A DNA stretch of 64,000 nucleotides from Raja brachyura (lineage: Eukaryota): positions 17,732,001-17,796,000 of the forward strand of contig OY740784.1 in NCBI GenBank assembly GCA_963514005.1. The letters are read 5' to 3'. Positions within the stretch are counted from its first letter, which is position 1. Each line of letters starts with the position of its first letter. Shown here in pieces: positions 1 to 12,189 of the stretch. The position numbers and the translations under genes were made by a program. The notes under the pieces were generated by a model, which worked only from the letters and a program-made list of their open reading frames with translations, was not told the origin of the DNA and did not search any database.

Positions 1-343
1 ATTCCACCAACTTCCTAAAGTAGATCACCAACTCTTCTGTTTAGCTGATATTGACCGTTAGCTTGTTGTCTTAACACCATGCTACAAATCTCTATCTCCA
101 TCTCCCCATTGTTCGAGATCTTGCCGACTGCAGTGGTGTATCATCTACAAACCTGTAATTGGGATTGCAAACATGGTATTGGATGAAATGAATCTGTCTT
201 TCATTACTGTGACCCTCTGCAATTTTGTTCCAACATTGCTTTGACCATTGGTCTTTCATTTAAAGGGAGTATCCTGCAGTCTTTCAAATTTCAGAGTAAG
301 TATCAAGGAAAGTAAACTCATTACTGAATTCAAAGGAGTTTAA

Positions 344-582
344 AGGGCCTGTCCCACTTTCACGACCTAATTCACGACCTTTTTTACTCGTGGACATTTT
401 GCATCATGTTGAAAAAACGCCCTGACCTACTTGCTGCCACGAGTACCTATGACTAGCATCACAACCTGCTACGACCTACCTATGATCTCCTACGACCTTT
501 TGACGACCATGCTGCAAGTATGAGTCAAGGGCAAACTCGGCATAGGTTGTGAATTATGTTGTGAAAGTGGGACACAGACCCT
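344..582. mobile_element. Harbinger/PIF-like MITE copy 1
   Basis: TIRs AGGGCCTGTCCCACTTTCACGAC / GTTGTGAAAGTGGGACAcaGACCCT, TAA TSD on both sides, internal (C/T)ACGACC repeats. Confidence 0.8.
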
Positions 583-902
583 TAAGTACGAATGCATGGA
601 ACTGCAGCAAATAAATTTATTAGAGACTTTTTGTAATTATGCGTAAGGTAGGGAAAACATGGAAGTGAGTTTTATCATTATCATAAGTTCTGGTGAATTC
701 AGTGAAAGCTTTCCTTTTACACCAAGCAAAACGGCATGTTTTCTTTATGACAAACTGTGTTTTAAGAATTTGGAAATGTTTTTGTTTCCAATGTATATTA
801 TTCATACCTTTCATGATGGTAAATCCCAACAACCTGTTTAATTTTCCTCCTGATTAATGTCACATCCTGTATTGATAAATCTATCTTTATATTTTCTGAC
901 AG

Positions 903-1007
903 AAACGAGCAAAGGGACAGGTTCTCTTTGATAAAGTATGTGGGCAGCTCAACCTTCTGGAGAAAGATTACTTTGGACTGACATTTCGGGACTCTGAAAA
1001 TCAAAAG
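903..1007 (+). CDS. EPB41L3: Protein 4.1B FERM exon ([35 protein letters not shown])
   Basis: cag| acceptor after a pyrimidine tract, |gtatgt donor, 105 nt, phase 0-0; matches the 4.1-family FERM F1 motif [11 protein letters not shown]. Confidence 0.96.
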
Positions 1008-1661
1008 GTATGTTGAACTGTTGGGTTGAGTGAATGATAATACATTTTGTGGAAAAAGGAGAGGTTTTTTTTCTCAGTCTTGCTACAGCTGTCCTGGCAT
1101 TCACTTTCTTGATATCGTACCTGTGTCGTTTTGTGTACTTTTTCTGTCTCACTCCATTGATTTTGAGGGAAATTGAGTTAAAATAGGATTAACATGAAGA
1201 CCAAACATCAAAAGTGAGTGAATTTCGGAAGTTCAGAGGTTAGTTAACACGCACGTTTTAAGAAAATGAAGGATCAACTTTCCATTGCATTCTGTGTAAT
1301 CTAGGCAAGAGGTCACCAAATCTTTCAATATGAATCTAACTTAGATGCTATATGTTTTGTTACTCCAGTTTCAAAGGTCTTTGTGGAACTGGATCTAAGA
1401 ATGGTTACAGCAGATTTCCACTAAGGTGTGAGAGGTGGCATTGTAGACCCATCTTCAGCTGATCCACATAAATGACAAGATCTTTGTCAGATGGGGTTCT
1501 GCAGCAGTCTTAACATTTGACAGCTGATAAAGTGCTCCTTAATTCCTGGAGGGAATGAATGGAGCTGATGGCAAGATCAGATGGCAATCATTATGCCATT
1601 CTATCTGATGTCTGGGACAATCTGAAATTGTGGCACATATCTGACTTGTCCATTGGAACTG

Positions 1662-3156
1662 TTTAAGAAAGAACTGCAGATGCTGGAAAAATCGAAGGTA
1701 GACAAAAAAAGCTGGAGAAACTCAGCGGGTGAGTCAGCATCTATGGAGCGAAGGAATAGGTGACGTTTCGGGTCGAGACCCTACTTTAAACTGATGTCGC
1801 GGGAGGGGGGGACAGGAAAAAGAAAAAGGAAGTGGTGGAGACTGTAGACTTTTCCCAATTCCTCCAAATCCAAGGCTTAGCTATGGGCCTGCGCATGGGC
1901 CCCGGCTATGCCTGCCTCTTTGTAGGGTACATCGAACAATCCTTGTTCGAGGCGTACCATGGCCCTATCCCCGAACTCTACCACCGCTACATTAACAAAT
2001 TCATTGGTGCTACCACCTGCACCCATGCAGGTCTCACTGACTTCATCCATTTCACCACTAATTTCCATCCGGCACTCAAATACACCTGGACCATTTTCCA
2101 TCTGGCACTCAAATACACCTGGACCATTTCCAACATCTCCCTACCATTTCTAGATCTCACCATCTCTATCGCAGGTAGCAGACTACTGACCGACATCTAC
2201 TACAAACCCACTGACTTCCATGGCTATCTGGGCTACACTTCTTCCCACCCTGCTTCCTGTAAGGACTCCATCCCCTACTCCCAATTCCTCCATCTACGCT
2301 GCATCTGCACCCAGGATGAGGTGTTCCATCTCCCGACTCGTAACAAGGACAGAGTCCCCCTTGTCCTTACCTTCCACCCTACCAGCCGTCGCATACAACA
2401 TATAATCCTCCGACATTTTCGCCTCTTCCAACGGGATCCCACCACTGGCCACATCTTCCCATCTCCTCCCCTTTCTGCTTTCCGCAGAGACTATTCCCTC
2501 TGTAACTCCCTGGTCAATTTGTCTCATCCCACCCAAACCACCCTCTCCTCTGGTACTTTCTCTTGCAACCGCAGGAAATGCTACAGTTGTCGCTTTACAT
2601 CCCCACTCAACTCCATCCAAGGACCCAAGCAGTCTTTCCAGGTGAGGCAGAGGTTCACCTGCACCTCCTCCAACCTCATCTATTGCATCCGCTGTTCCAG
2701 GTGTCAACTGCTCTACATCGGTGAGACCAACCGCAGGCTTGGCGACCGCTTCGCCCAACACCTCCGCTCAGATCCTAATAACCAACCTGATCTCCCAGTG
2801 GCACTAGCACTTCAACCCCCTCTCATTCCGAATCCAACCTTTCTGTCCTCGGTCTCCTCCATGGCCAGAATGAGTTCCACCGGAAATTGGAGGAACAGCA
2901 CCTGATATTTCGCTTGGGTAGTTTACACCCCAGTGGTTTGAACATTGACTTCTCCAATTTCAGGTAGTCCTTGTTTTCTCCCTCCTTCCCCTCCCCTTCC
3001 CAGCTCTCCCAAGGCCTACTGTCTCCGCCTTTTCCTTTCTTCCCCACCTCCCCCCGACATCAGTCTGAAGAAGGGTCTCAATCCGAAACGTCGCCTATTC
3101 CTTCACCCCATAGATGCTGCCTCACCCGCTGAGTTCCTCCAGCTTTTTTGTCTACC
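1662..3156 (+). mobile_element. Penelope-like retroelement (Neptune-type), 5'-truncated, with inverted pLTR
   Basis: ORF 1832-2905 has RT motifs GLAMG..GPGYACLF and degenerate YHRYINK, DIYYKPTD, a Zn knuckle CNRRKCYSC and GIY-YIG nuclease NLIY-CxxC-LYIGET. 1662-1845 is an inverted copy of 3016-3156. 15-bp TSD TGTCCATTGGAACTG at 1647-1661 and 3157-3171. Confidence 0.9.
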
Positions 3157-4077
3157 TGTCCATTGGAACTGGTACTGCAATTAATGTGGTTGAACCAGTT
3201 TACCCCACGTTCAGAATGGGCAAAGACGTACTCTCCTTCCCCTCCAAAGATGGCAGGTCATGCAGGAATCAAGGAAATTTACTGCACAGGAAATAGTCAC
3301 TTGATCAGTGAAGTTCACACTATCAAAATGTGTCCGCATTTGGCTGCCTTGTGTACAGTGTAGAGGCATTCTCCATGGTAAACTCCTCACTTACAGGTCA
3401 AGTAAGGACTGTCCATTTTACTCATGATTGTCCTGGCCTTCACTCTCCTTGCTAGTGGAGTCTCTCACAGTTTCACCCTGGTACGTGTAATGAAAAGGCA
3501 GCACCAAATGTTAAGTGTGCTTCCATGGCCATTGCACTCACAGTGTGCTCACTGCATAGAACACTGTACATGGAAACAGATTTTCATTCCTGTGAACTAT
3601 GAAGCTTTGTGACACAATTAAATTTAAACGTCACTACCATCAACTAGTAAGTGTTTTTACCTTGGACCAAAATCAGGTCTACCGTGGCTGGTAGACCTGA
3701 TGCATCTTTGGTCTAACAGCCAAAATTCAATACAGACCCCCGGCACTGTTTGTGGACTTCTACAGGGAGCTCTGGTTTCCTCTCACTCAAAAGATGTGTG
3801 GGCTTGTGGGTTACTGTAAATTGTCCTGAGTGTGTAGGTCATGATTGATGGGATATAGGAAGATGAATAATTGGTGACCAATGATCAACATGGACAAAGG
3901 GCCTTGGAAGGGTCCTGACCCAAAACGTTGCTTGTTCATGTTCTCCAGACATGCTGCCTGAGTTACTCCAGCACTTTGTGCATTTTGTTGCAAGCCAGCA
4001 TCTACAATCTCTTGTGTCTAATGAGTCTATGCTGTATGACTATGATTATCTATATATATAAAACTCAATTATATATT

Positions 4078-4300
4078 AAACACAAAAAAACTGGAGTAAC
4101 TCAGCGGGTCAGACAGCATCTCTGAAGAAATGGAATAGATTCCGTTTCGGGTCAAGACCCTTTGAATTTGTTCCGAAGAAGGGTCTCGACCAGAAACATC
4201 ACCTATTCCTTTTCTCCCAAGATGCTGTCTGACCTGCTGAGTTACACCAGCTTTTCGTGTCCATCTTCCGTTTAAACCAGCATCTGCAGTTTCTTCCTAC
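4078..4300. mobile_element. Palindromic Penelope pLTR-derived element
   Basis: Head-to-head copies of the pLTR (ctggagtaactcagcggg...gacgtttcgggtc and its inverse). Confidence 0.8.
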
Positions 4301-4463
4301 TAATTATATAGAGGTTTTATAGTAAACTATTATCAATTTAATTGTTTTTCTGAATTAAACTAATGCTTCGTTTTTGTGGTAATCATAAGAAAAGATTTGC
4401 TAGAAAAGCTTCCAATCTATATATTCTTTTCTAAATTAACCTATTAAAATTCCATTTTTTTAG

Positions 4464-4506
4464 AACTGGTTGGACCCAGCCAAGGAAATTAAAAAGCAGA
4501 TCCGAA
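4464..4506 (+). CDS. EPB41L3: 4.1B FERM exon (NWLDPAKEIKKQIR)
   Basis: tttttttag| ... |gtaagt, 43 nt, phase 0-1; hallmark WLDPAKEIKKQ motif. Confidence 0.96.
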
Positions 4507-5994
4507 GTAAGTATATTTTACTACTGACTTGAAATGCTACTGACATGTAATGATCACTGAAAGAATACATATCTTCTGCTTATGTAGAGAATATTTCTTT
4601 CCTTCACATTCTGAGATTTTAAGACTCGTAACCTTCAAAGGGTTTTCTAAAATGTTTTTTTTTTAATTTTCCCGTTTAAGACATTTTTGTTTTCATCTTA
4701 TATCAGAGATGAACCTGCATTGAACTATGGATAATCCGCCGGCTTTTCTGAATTACTATTTAATTGTAAACAGTAACCAGAGCTGCTGAACTAGGGATGA
4801 ATGATATGGCAAATGACAGAATAATCACAATGCAGCTAACCAAACAAACATTACAAAAATCTGTCTATTTAGGTCTGCAAACTAATTGGGAACAAGGATG
4901 CAGATGTAGAATGCTTGGGAAATTAAAAATGGAAGTGATTATGTACTTACATTATGACAATCTTTTAAACATTAAATATTTTATTGGTTCTTAAATATTT
5001 TTCTTTTTACATTCGTTAGAATTTGAAGGGTGTATAATGGCCACACTGTTGAATACAGTGTTTGGATTCACTGTTATCCCTCTCTTAGAATGTTGTATCT
5101 TTATGGCGCTACACTTGTATATGAAGGTGCAATTTGAAATGAGATACAATGTCCATATTAGACCTGTTTCTTATATCTCCTGAAACCGATTCCATAACAG
5201 GGTTTGCTTCAGCATGGGTCTGAAACTCTTATCAACTCCTTGTCATCTCTGAGGTTTCCCAGTTCTATCCTGACAGGAAACCCAGCTCTGTGAACTCTAC
5301 CGCGACAGCTCTGCAATTTTTCTTCGCTGACTTAGTGGCTCCCTAACCTTCAACTCGTATATAACAAAATCCAAATTTTCATTTGTAATCCATTTATGAT
5401 TTTAGTTACCTCTGTAACCTGCTTTAAATGTACATCACAGCCCAGACTCCTTTTGCTTTAATACCAAACTGCCCTACTCTTTCTGCTTCAGATTTGCATT
5501 GACAAACTCATTCATCAAAAATGTAAGGTTGTAATAGAGGTTATGTTGCATGACTGACAATGTAGAGCTCCAGACTAATAATAAGGAGACGTGTGTTCTG
5601 CAGTGGTTATTTGATTAGCAAATCTTTTCACGTGGCTGTGGAACTGTTCAGAAAGGTGACTGCATCAAGAAAGACATGAACACTACCAGGCTTGGCAAAA
5701 ATAGTGTTGTGGACTTTTACAGACTCTCCTAGGTCTGGAAGAATTCAGATATTTCAGTGGGATTTTCTTTTCGAAAGAATAAGCTCCAAATTCATTAACT
5801 AACAACATTAAAAGTTTAGTTATTTATCTGTGTTCATATATAGAATAGAATAGAACAGAATGCATTTTATTGTCATTCAAACAGCTTGGTTTGAGCGAAA
5901 TTGCATTTTCTACAGTCTTAACATTACAAAAAAACAAACTACAAATTACATTATAATGACACATTGCTCTGTTATACATGTTGCTGTAGTAAAT

Positions 5995-6431
5995 ATCCTG
6001 GGATGTCAGGACTTTCATATGAAGAAAGACTGGATAGACTCGGTTTGTACTCGCTGGAATTTAGAAGATTGAGGGGGGATCTTATAGAAACTTACAAAAT
6101 TCTTAAGGGGTTGGAAAAGCTAGATGCTGGAAGATTGTCCCCGATGTTGGGGGAGTCCAGAACAAGGGGTCACAGTCTAAGGATAAGGGGGAATTCCTTT
6201 AGGACTGAGATGAGGAAAACATTCTTTACACAGAGAGTGGTGAATCTCTGGAATTCTCTGCCACAGAAGGTAGTTGAGGCCAGTTCATTGGCTATATTTA
6301 AGAGGGCGTTAGATGTGGCACTTGTGGCTAAAGGGATTGGGGGTATGGAGAGAAGGCAGGTATGGGATACTGAGTTGGATGATCAGCCATGATCACATTG
6401 AATGGCGGTGCAGGCTCGAAGGGCCGAATGG
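5995..6431 (+). mobile_element. CR1/HER1-type LINE 3' fragment
   Basis: LSYEERLDRLGLYSLEFRRLRGDLIETYKI...TRGHSLRI...FFTQRVVNLWNSLP, the CR1 ORF2 C-terminus. Confidence 0.92.
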
Positions 6432-7563
6432 TGCAAGACCTGGGAAGAGAAAGCAATGATGGGAAAGATACACTAAATGGTAGACCTTATGTAGGGGTAG
6501 AGAACCAATGATTCAGATGATTATAGGGAAAACATTATTAAGTGTAGTGTGCTTGTTTGATAAAGGTGTCTTTCTACCCGTAAAGTTGTTAATCAAAATG
6601 ATGAGTATTTTGAAGAAAAATCCAAATTTGTGGCATATTTACACTGACCTCTTGTAATTGCAGTTTTAAAAAAAAATGTTTAACAATCTGTAGCTGTAGT
6701 CCGCTTTGTGACATATATTCTAAGTGTAACTGATATAGGTCACATCGTTCTGACGTCCTGTTTACTGGAGCATGCAGATATAGTGTTGAACTACATTTTT
6801 CCTTAGACATCAGTTTTTTAAAGTTATTGTTCACTATTAAATTGGCAATGGGGGCGGATTGAAATCATGAGCCATATTGCTGTAATTTAACTTTTTATTT
6901 TATCACACTTCAATCAATGTGAAGGTTGACAATAAATCAGAGAATTATTGCAGGCTGACAACCGTGATGTGAGATGAAGTCATTGCAGATCATCGTCCTG
7001 ATTTGCATATCAAGCTAATGCTTGAATTCTAATCAGACATGTTTATGGTTCCTTTCACTCTGAGCAGCTGTTCGCTTGGGTATCAATTGGACATGTACTT
7101 AGTTAATTCAGGCCTGGAAGTTTTCTTCCCCACTATGGAACTTTCTCCTTCCTAAGTGAGAAAAGAAATTCCATAGTGGGGAAGGAAACATGAAATCAGC
7201 TTTTTTTTTTAACTTAACACTTTGAAAACTGAAACAATTGCATATTGCTTCGGTCATTTTACGTACTCCTGTGGTCATGATAACAGGTTCACAAAAACAT
7301 CAGATGCACATTTTGATAAAATGATTCACCACGTTAATACAATAGTAATTTCTCGAATGAAACCGACACGAAAATTGGGGAGAAGGACATTTAGGACAAT
7401 TTCTAATAAAGAAGCAAAGACATGGGTATCTTTTAATTCCAGAATTGATCTGAGGTAAAGTTGTCAAAAAAGCGTTGGTCGTATTACTAGTGAAAAAGCA
7501 TTTCTTAAAAGTAATTATTTCAAAGGAAAGCTTAAATCCTTTTATTTGTTTGTCTCTATCTAG

Positions 7564-7639
7564 GTGGTTTGTGGCAGTTTGCATTCAATGTGAAGTTCTA
7601 TCCTCCGGATCCCGCTCAGCTCTCTGAGGACATCACAAG
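7564..7639 (+). CDS. EPB41L3: 4.1B FERM exon ([26 protein letters not shown])
   Basis: ctag| ... |gtgagt, 76 nt, phase 1-2; VKFYPPDP motif. Confidence 0.97.
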
Positions 7640-7861
7640 GTGAGTGGGAACAATATTTCCTTTGCATCCAGTTGAATCTACTTTGGAAAGAGCTGTTTTG
7701 TAATGACTTTCTATGGAAAGACCGTGCATGCATTGTGTGAAATTGGGTGTTGAGGCCCATGAAATCCCTATCATCCCATCAGTTACTTTTAGTTAAAATC
7801 AGTGGTAATCATCAAAGCAAAATAAAATCATGATAAGCAGGAATTTGGAGTCAGGAAAAGC

Positions 7862-8445
7862 AGTCTTTGGACACGATCTACCACGGAGTACTGAGATTTG
7901 TTACAAATTTTAAAACCCTCACGCACCACTGCTCTTTGTATGAACAAGTTGGATGGTTTGCCCTGTCCACCCGCAGACTCCATCGTTGGCATATCCTTAT
8001 CTATAACACTATCCTCGGTGTTCTTCCTTCATACCTGCAGAAGTATGTAATTCGAAAAAGCACAGGAACTTATCAGCTCCACTCTGAGGACTTGTTCTTA
8101 CTAACTGTACCTAATGTCCGTACTGAACTGGGGAAAAGGGCATTTAGTTCTGCTGCTCCCTTCACATGGAACCAGCTGCAGAATGAATTGAAACTTAAGG
8201 AGCTGGTTTCTATAAACAGATTTAAATCTCTTCTTAATGATGTTGAAGCGGGCTCTTCTGTCTGTATTGCTTTGTTTGATGTTGTTATGACTGTGACTCT
8301 ATTTATATGTTCTCTTATATGTTTTTAAATTGTTGTCTGTAACTGGGGAACTGTGCTGCTGCCTGTCTTGGCCAGGACTCTCTTGTAAAAGAGATTTTTA
8401 ATCTCAATGAGACTTCTCCTGGTTAAATAAAATTAAGTAAAATAA
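7862..8445 (+). mobile_element. L2/Crack-like LINE 3' fragment
   Basis: ORF LDTIYHGVLRFVT..THHCSLYEQVGW..L..RR..VPNVRTELGKRAF.AAP.TWN, followed by a 3' stem-loop and cctggttaaataaaa tail. Confidence 0.8.
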
Positions 8446-8995
8446 AGGAATAAAATCAAGCCATACACGAGAATAATAAGAAATGGAAAGAGAAAAATAT
8501 CAGTGTGCAGAATATAGTTTTACAACATCACAGTGTTACAGTTACAGAGGCAATGCAGTCTAAACTAAAACTCACAATAAATCAGAACTACATGCCAGCT
8601 TATGGGAGGACTGCTCAGTTGGCTAACATCGGGAAGGAGCTGCTCCTGAATCTCGTGGTATGTGCTTTCAAACTTTTGTATCTTCTGCCCGATCAGAGAG
8701 GGGAGAAGGCGGAATGATTGAGTTGAAAATTATTCCTGAGGGCAGCGTAGTGTGTACAAGGTGTCAATTGTTAGCGGGGGTGGGGAAGGCTGTAGGCTGG
8801 TTTATGTGATGGACCGGGCTACATCCACATCTCACTATAATTCTTTGGGCAGAGTTGCTGCAAACCAAGTTGAGATACATCTCAATAGGATGCTTTCTGT
8901 GGTGCAAATATTGAAGTGGTAAGAGTTGTTGGAGATATGCTGAATCTCCTTAGTCTTCTTAGACTAAGGAAGTAAAGGCATTTGTGTGCTTTATT

Positions 8996-9750
8996 ATAGA
9001 TAATAGACAATTGGTGCAGGAGTAGGCCATTCAGCCCTTCGAGCCAGCACCGCCATTCAATGGCTGATCATCCCCAATCAGTACCCCGTTCCTGCCTTCT
9101 CCCCATATCCCGTGACTCCGTTATTTTTAAGATCCCTATCTAGCTCTCTCTTGAAAGCATCCTGAGAACCTGCCTCCACCACCCTCTGAGGCAGAGAATT
9201 CCAGAGACTCACAACTCTCTGTGAGAAAAAGTGTTTCCTCGTCTCCGTTCTAAATGGCTTACTCCTTATTCTTAAACTGTGGCCCCTGGTTCTGGACTCA
9301 CCCAACATCGGGATCATGTTTCCTGCCTCTAGAGTGTCCATCCCTTAACAATCTTATATGTTTCAATGTGATCCCCTCTCATCCTTCTAAACTCCAGAGT
9401 GTACAAGCCCAGCTGCTCCATTCTCTCAGCATATGACAGTCCTGCCATTCCGGGTATTAACCTTGTAAACCTACGCTGCACTTCCTCAATAGCAACAATG
9501 TCCTTCCTCAAATTAGGGGACCAAAACTGTTCACAATACTCCAGGTCTGGTTTCACTAGGGCTCTGTACAACTGCAGAAGGACCTCTTTGCTCCTATATT
9601 CAATTCCTCTTGTTATAAAGGCCAACATGCCATTCGCTTTCTTTACTGCCTGCTGTACCTGCATGCTTACTTTCATAGACTGATGTACAAGGACCCCCAG
9701 ATCCTGTTGTACTTCCCCTTTTCCCAACTTGATGCCACTTAGATAGTACT
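8996..9750 (-). mobile_element. CR1/HER1-type LINE 3' fragment
   Basis: Minus-strand ORFs QDLGVLV...KKANGMLAFI...LYRALVKP.LEYC; (CTATTGT)n-type tail. Confidence 0.93.
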
Positions 9751-10659
9751 TATTGGTATAGTTTCCATGTGGTCGGTCCAGGATAAATTGTTGGTGATAT
9801 TTACACCTCACTTCCTGAAGTCATTAAACTACCTGCTTTGGAGAGGTTAAAGATGTTCGCGAATAGTCCTGCTAGCTGATCTGAGAAAGTTCTGAGGCAG
9901 CTGGGGACCAGACCAGTTGTTTTCCACAGTATATAATACCCCATCTCTCACAGAGGTATGAACATGAGATGAGAGGAAAGAGAATTGAAAGAGGAAGAAG
10001 ATGGCGATGAACCTGCAGCATGTTGGAAGAAATAAATTCCAAAGAAACTTTCAAAGTAACAAATATGTCAGAAGAGAATGGATGAAAGTTTGAATTAGAA
10101 TGTGATGATTACAGAATCTTTCTTATTCCCCGATTGCCTGAAGCAAAGACCTCACAATGTAACCAATAATCTTCCAACCCAAAATATATCCCAATGATAT
10201 ATTATACAGATTGCAATGTTCTTACCATCCTGGTGGAGCTACATCAACGATAACGTCATTTATTTTTAGGCTGTTGGACATATTAAATATTGCCATCTGC
10301 CTCTTTCCTGCTGAGTGCTTTGAACCTGCCTTCTCAACAATCGGCAATGTATTTTATTCGGTGTGATTCTCCAACATCTTTCTGAATGCTTTCCATAACC
10401 CAGAGGATGTACATTAGTAAATGTGAGAGTTTTATTTCACTTCAAACTTCATGTACTTTGACAGCTTCACTCAACACCTTGATTCAAAGCATATTTTAGA
10501 AATACTTAATTCATGTTATCTTACAAACGCATTAAGGAAGTGTACTTTTTAAAATTTCCTCTATCGACAAATTAATACCACCGATATATATCAGCTAAAA
10601 TTTCCCAAAAAAGGGAAGAATCCACTACTTAAATATGATAATTTGGACTGCAGAGAGAG

Positions 10660-10905
10660 TTACAGTGGTCAGTACAACTCTGGACACATCACGGTGAAGG
10701 AGCGTGTATGTAGCCCGGGCATTGAGCTGATGGCTGTGGGTCTCTGCTTATGCTGGGTGCCCTGGGGATTTGCACGTGCCGCTGTGGTGTTTAAGTCTAT
10801 GTCTAATCTTTATGTAGTTATGTATCTTGTTGCTTTTTTTTTTGGTATGACTGTATGGCAAATCAAATTTCACTGTACCTCGGTACACGTGACAATAAAG
10901 AACCA
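10660..10905 (+). mobile_element. Internally deleted Rex1/Babar-like LINE remnant
   Basis: Endonuclease-region peptide RVCSPGIELMAVGL joined directly to a typical 3' end (aatttcactgtacctcggtacacgtgacaataaag). Confidence 0.55.
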
Positions 10906-12189
10906 TCGAACCTTAATTATATCTTTATGGTCAAATTATGTTGGAGAGAAGCAAACTGATCATCTGTTGTTGGAATTGAGCGTTATTATTTTCCCACTCA
11001 ATAACAATTGATCCTGGAGGTGGGCATCTTAATTCCACTTGTAGGCCCAAATCTGCGGCAACGGACATCAGAGCATAAGTTGAACATTCTGCAGCCAGCT
11101 AGAAGTAGAACAACACTTAAATTTAGTTGGTATTGCTCTAGATTCATGTTTTACTTCCTGCTATAGAAGCTGACAAAAGAGTGGTAATGAGAACTTATCA
11201 ACACCTTCTTCTAAAACTAAAAGAATAAATAGATACATGGTGTAATAATGTTAAAATGCATTCAGCATTTTAGCATGTTAAAAATACAGTAATATTGTTA
11301 AAGGCAATTATGTTTGAGATGCATATCTCAAATGTGTCTTGCTATTATTTGGACTATTTACTTTCAAACAGCAACTTACATTTTCATCATTTATGGTTCA
11401 GAGCAGGGTGCTGTATATTCCAGTCAGAGAAGTGGAATTTAAATAAAATAGGTTGTATCACAAAAACAAGTTATTTGCAATGACATTCAACTGGTATATC
11501 TAAGACTCTTCAAATTTCTGGCTTTTTGTTGTTGAAATATTGGACAAATAAATTAATTTTGCACTTTTCCCTTTAATAAGATACCTGATTTATGGCCAAT
11601 ATTCAGTAGGTTAACGGTGCAATGTGAACTTCTAGAACTTGGGCATAGTTGAAAGTATCTCTTATCAATGGGCTTCATGTCTTCCTTCAACAGTCATAGT
11701 TGATTGAAAAATAAAATTGGGACTGCAATTGCAAGGTAGCTAGCGAAAGTCATTACAACTCATTGAAGGGCTTGTAACTTTTGGTTTGGATTGTGAGACA
11801 TGGACACATGCAGCATCAGATAGTATCTGGAGTTACAGCCAAGATTATTACTGGCAAAAAAAAGGATGAATTGGCACTGATGATTTTGAGCCAGGCACCT
11901 TCTATTTGCATGTTTTCCAACTGAGCCAGTCCTTTGATAGAGTGTTGGGAAGTGTCATCTTCTGACCGTTCCTTTGGTCTGCATTCCACACCATTCAGGT
12001 GTGGAGGTGAATCCACACCATTCACTCCTCCACACTGGAAATGTGTGGCAGTAACTCTACTTGCTGTACTATTGCTTTATATAAATGAAAGTTTGAAATG
12101 GAGTAAATACTCAAACCTGCAAAATATAGGGGAGCCCAGAACAGGTGTCTCAAAACCAGCTAGTAAATTTGGAAATAATTTGTTATTTG

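Noticed and set aside
1832-2905. 357-aa ORF as a functional or domesticated gene
   Set aside because: GTG start lies in the inverted pLTR, the RT is 5'-truncated, the catalytic YIDD is lost, and there is an internal deletion and a C-terminal frameshift.
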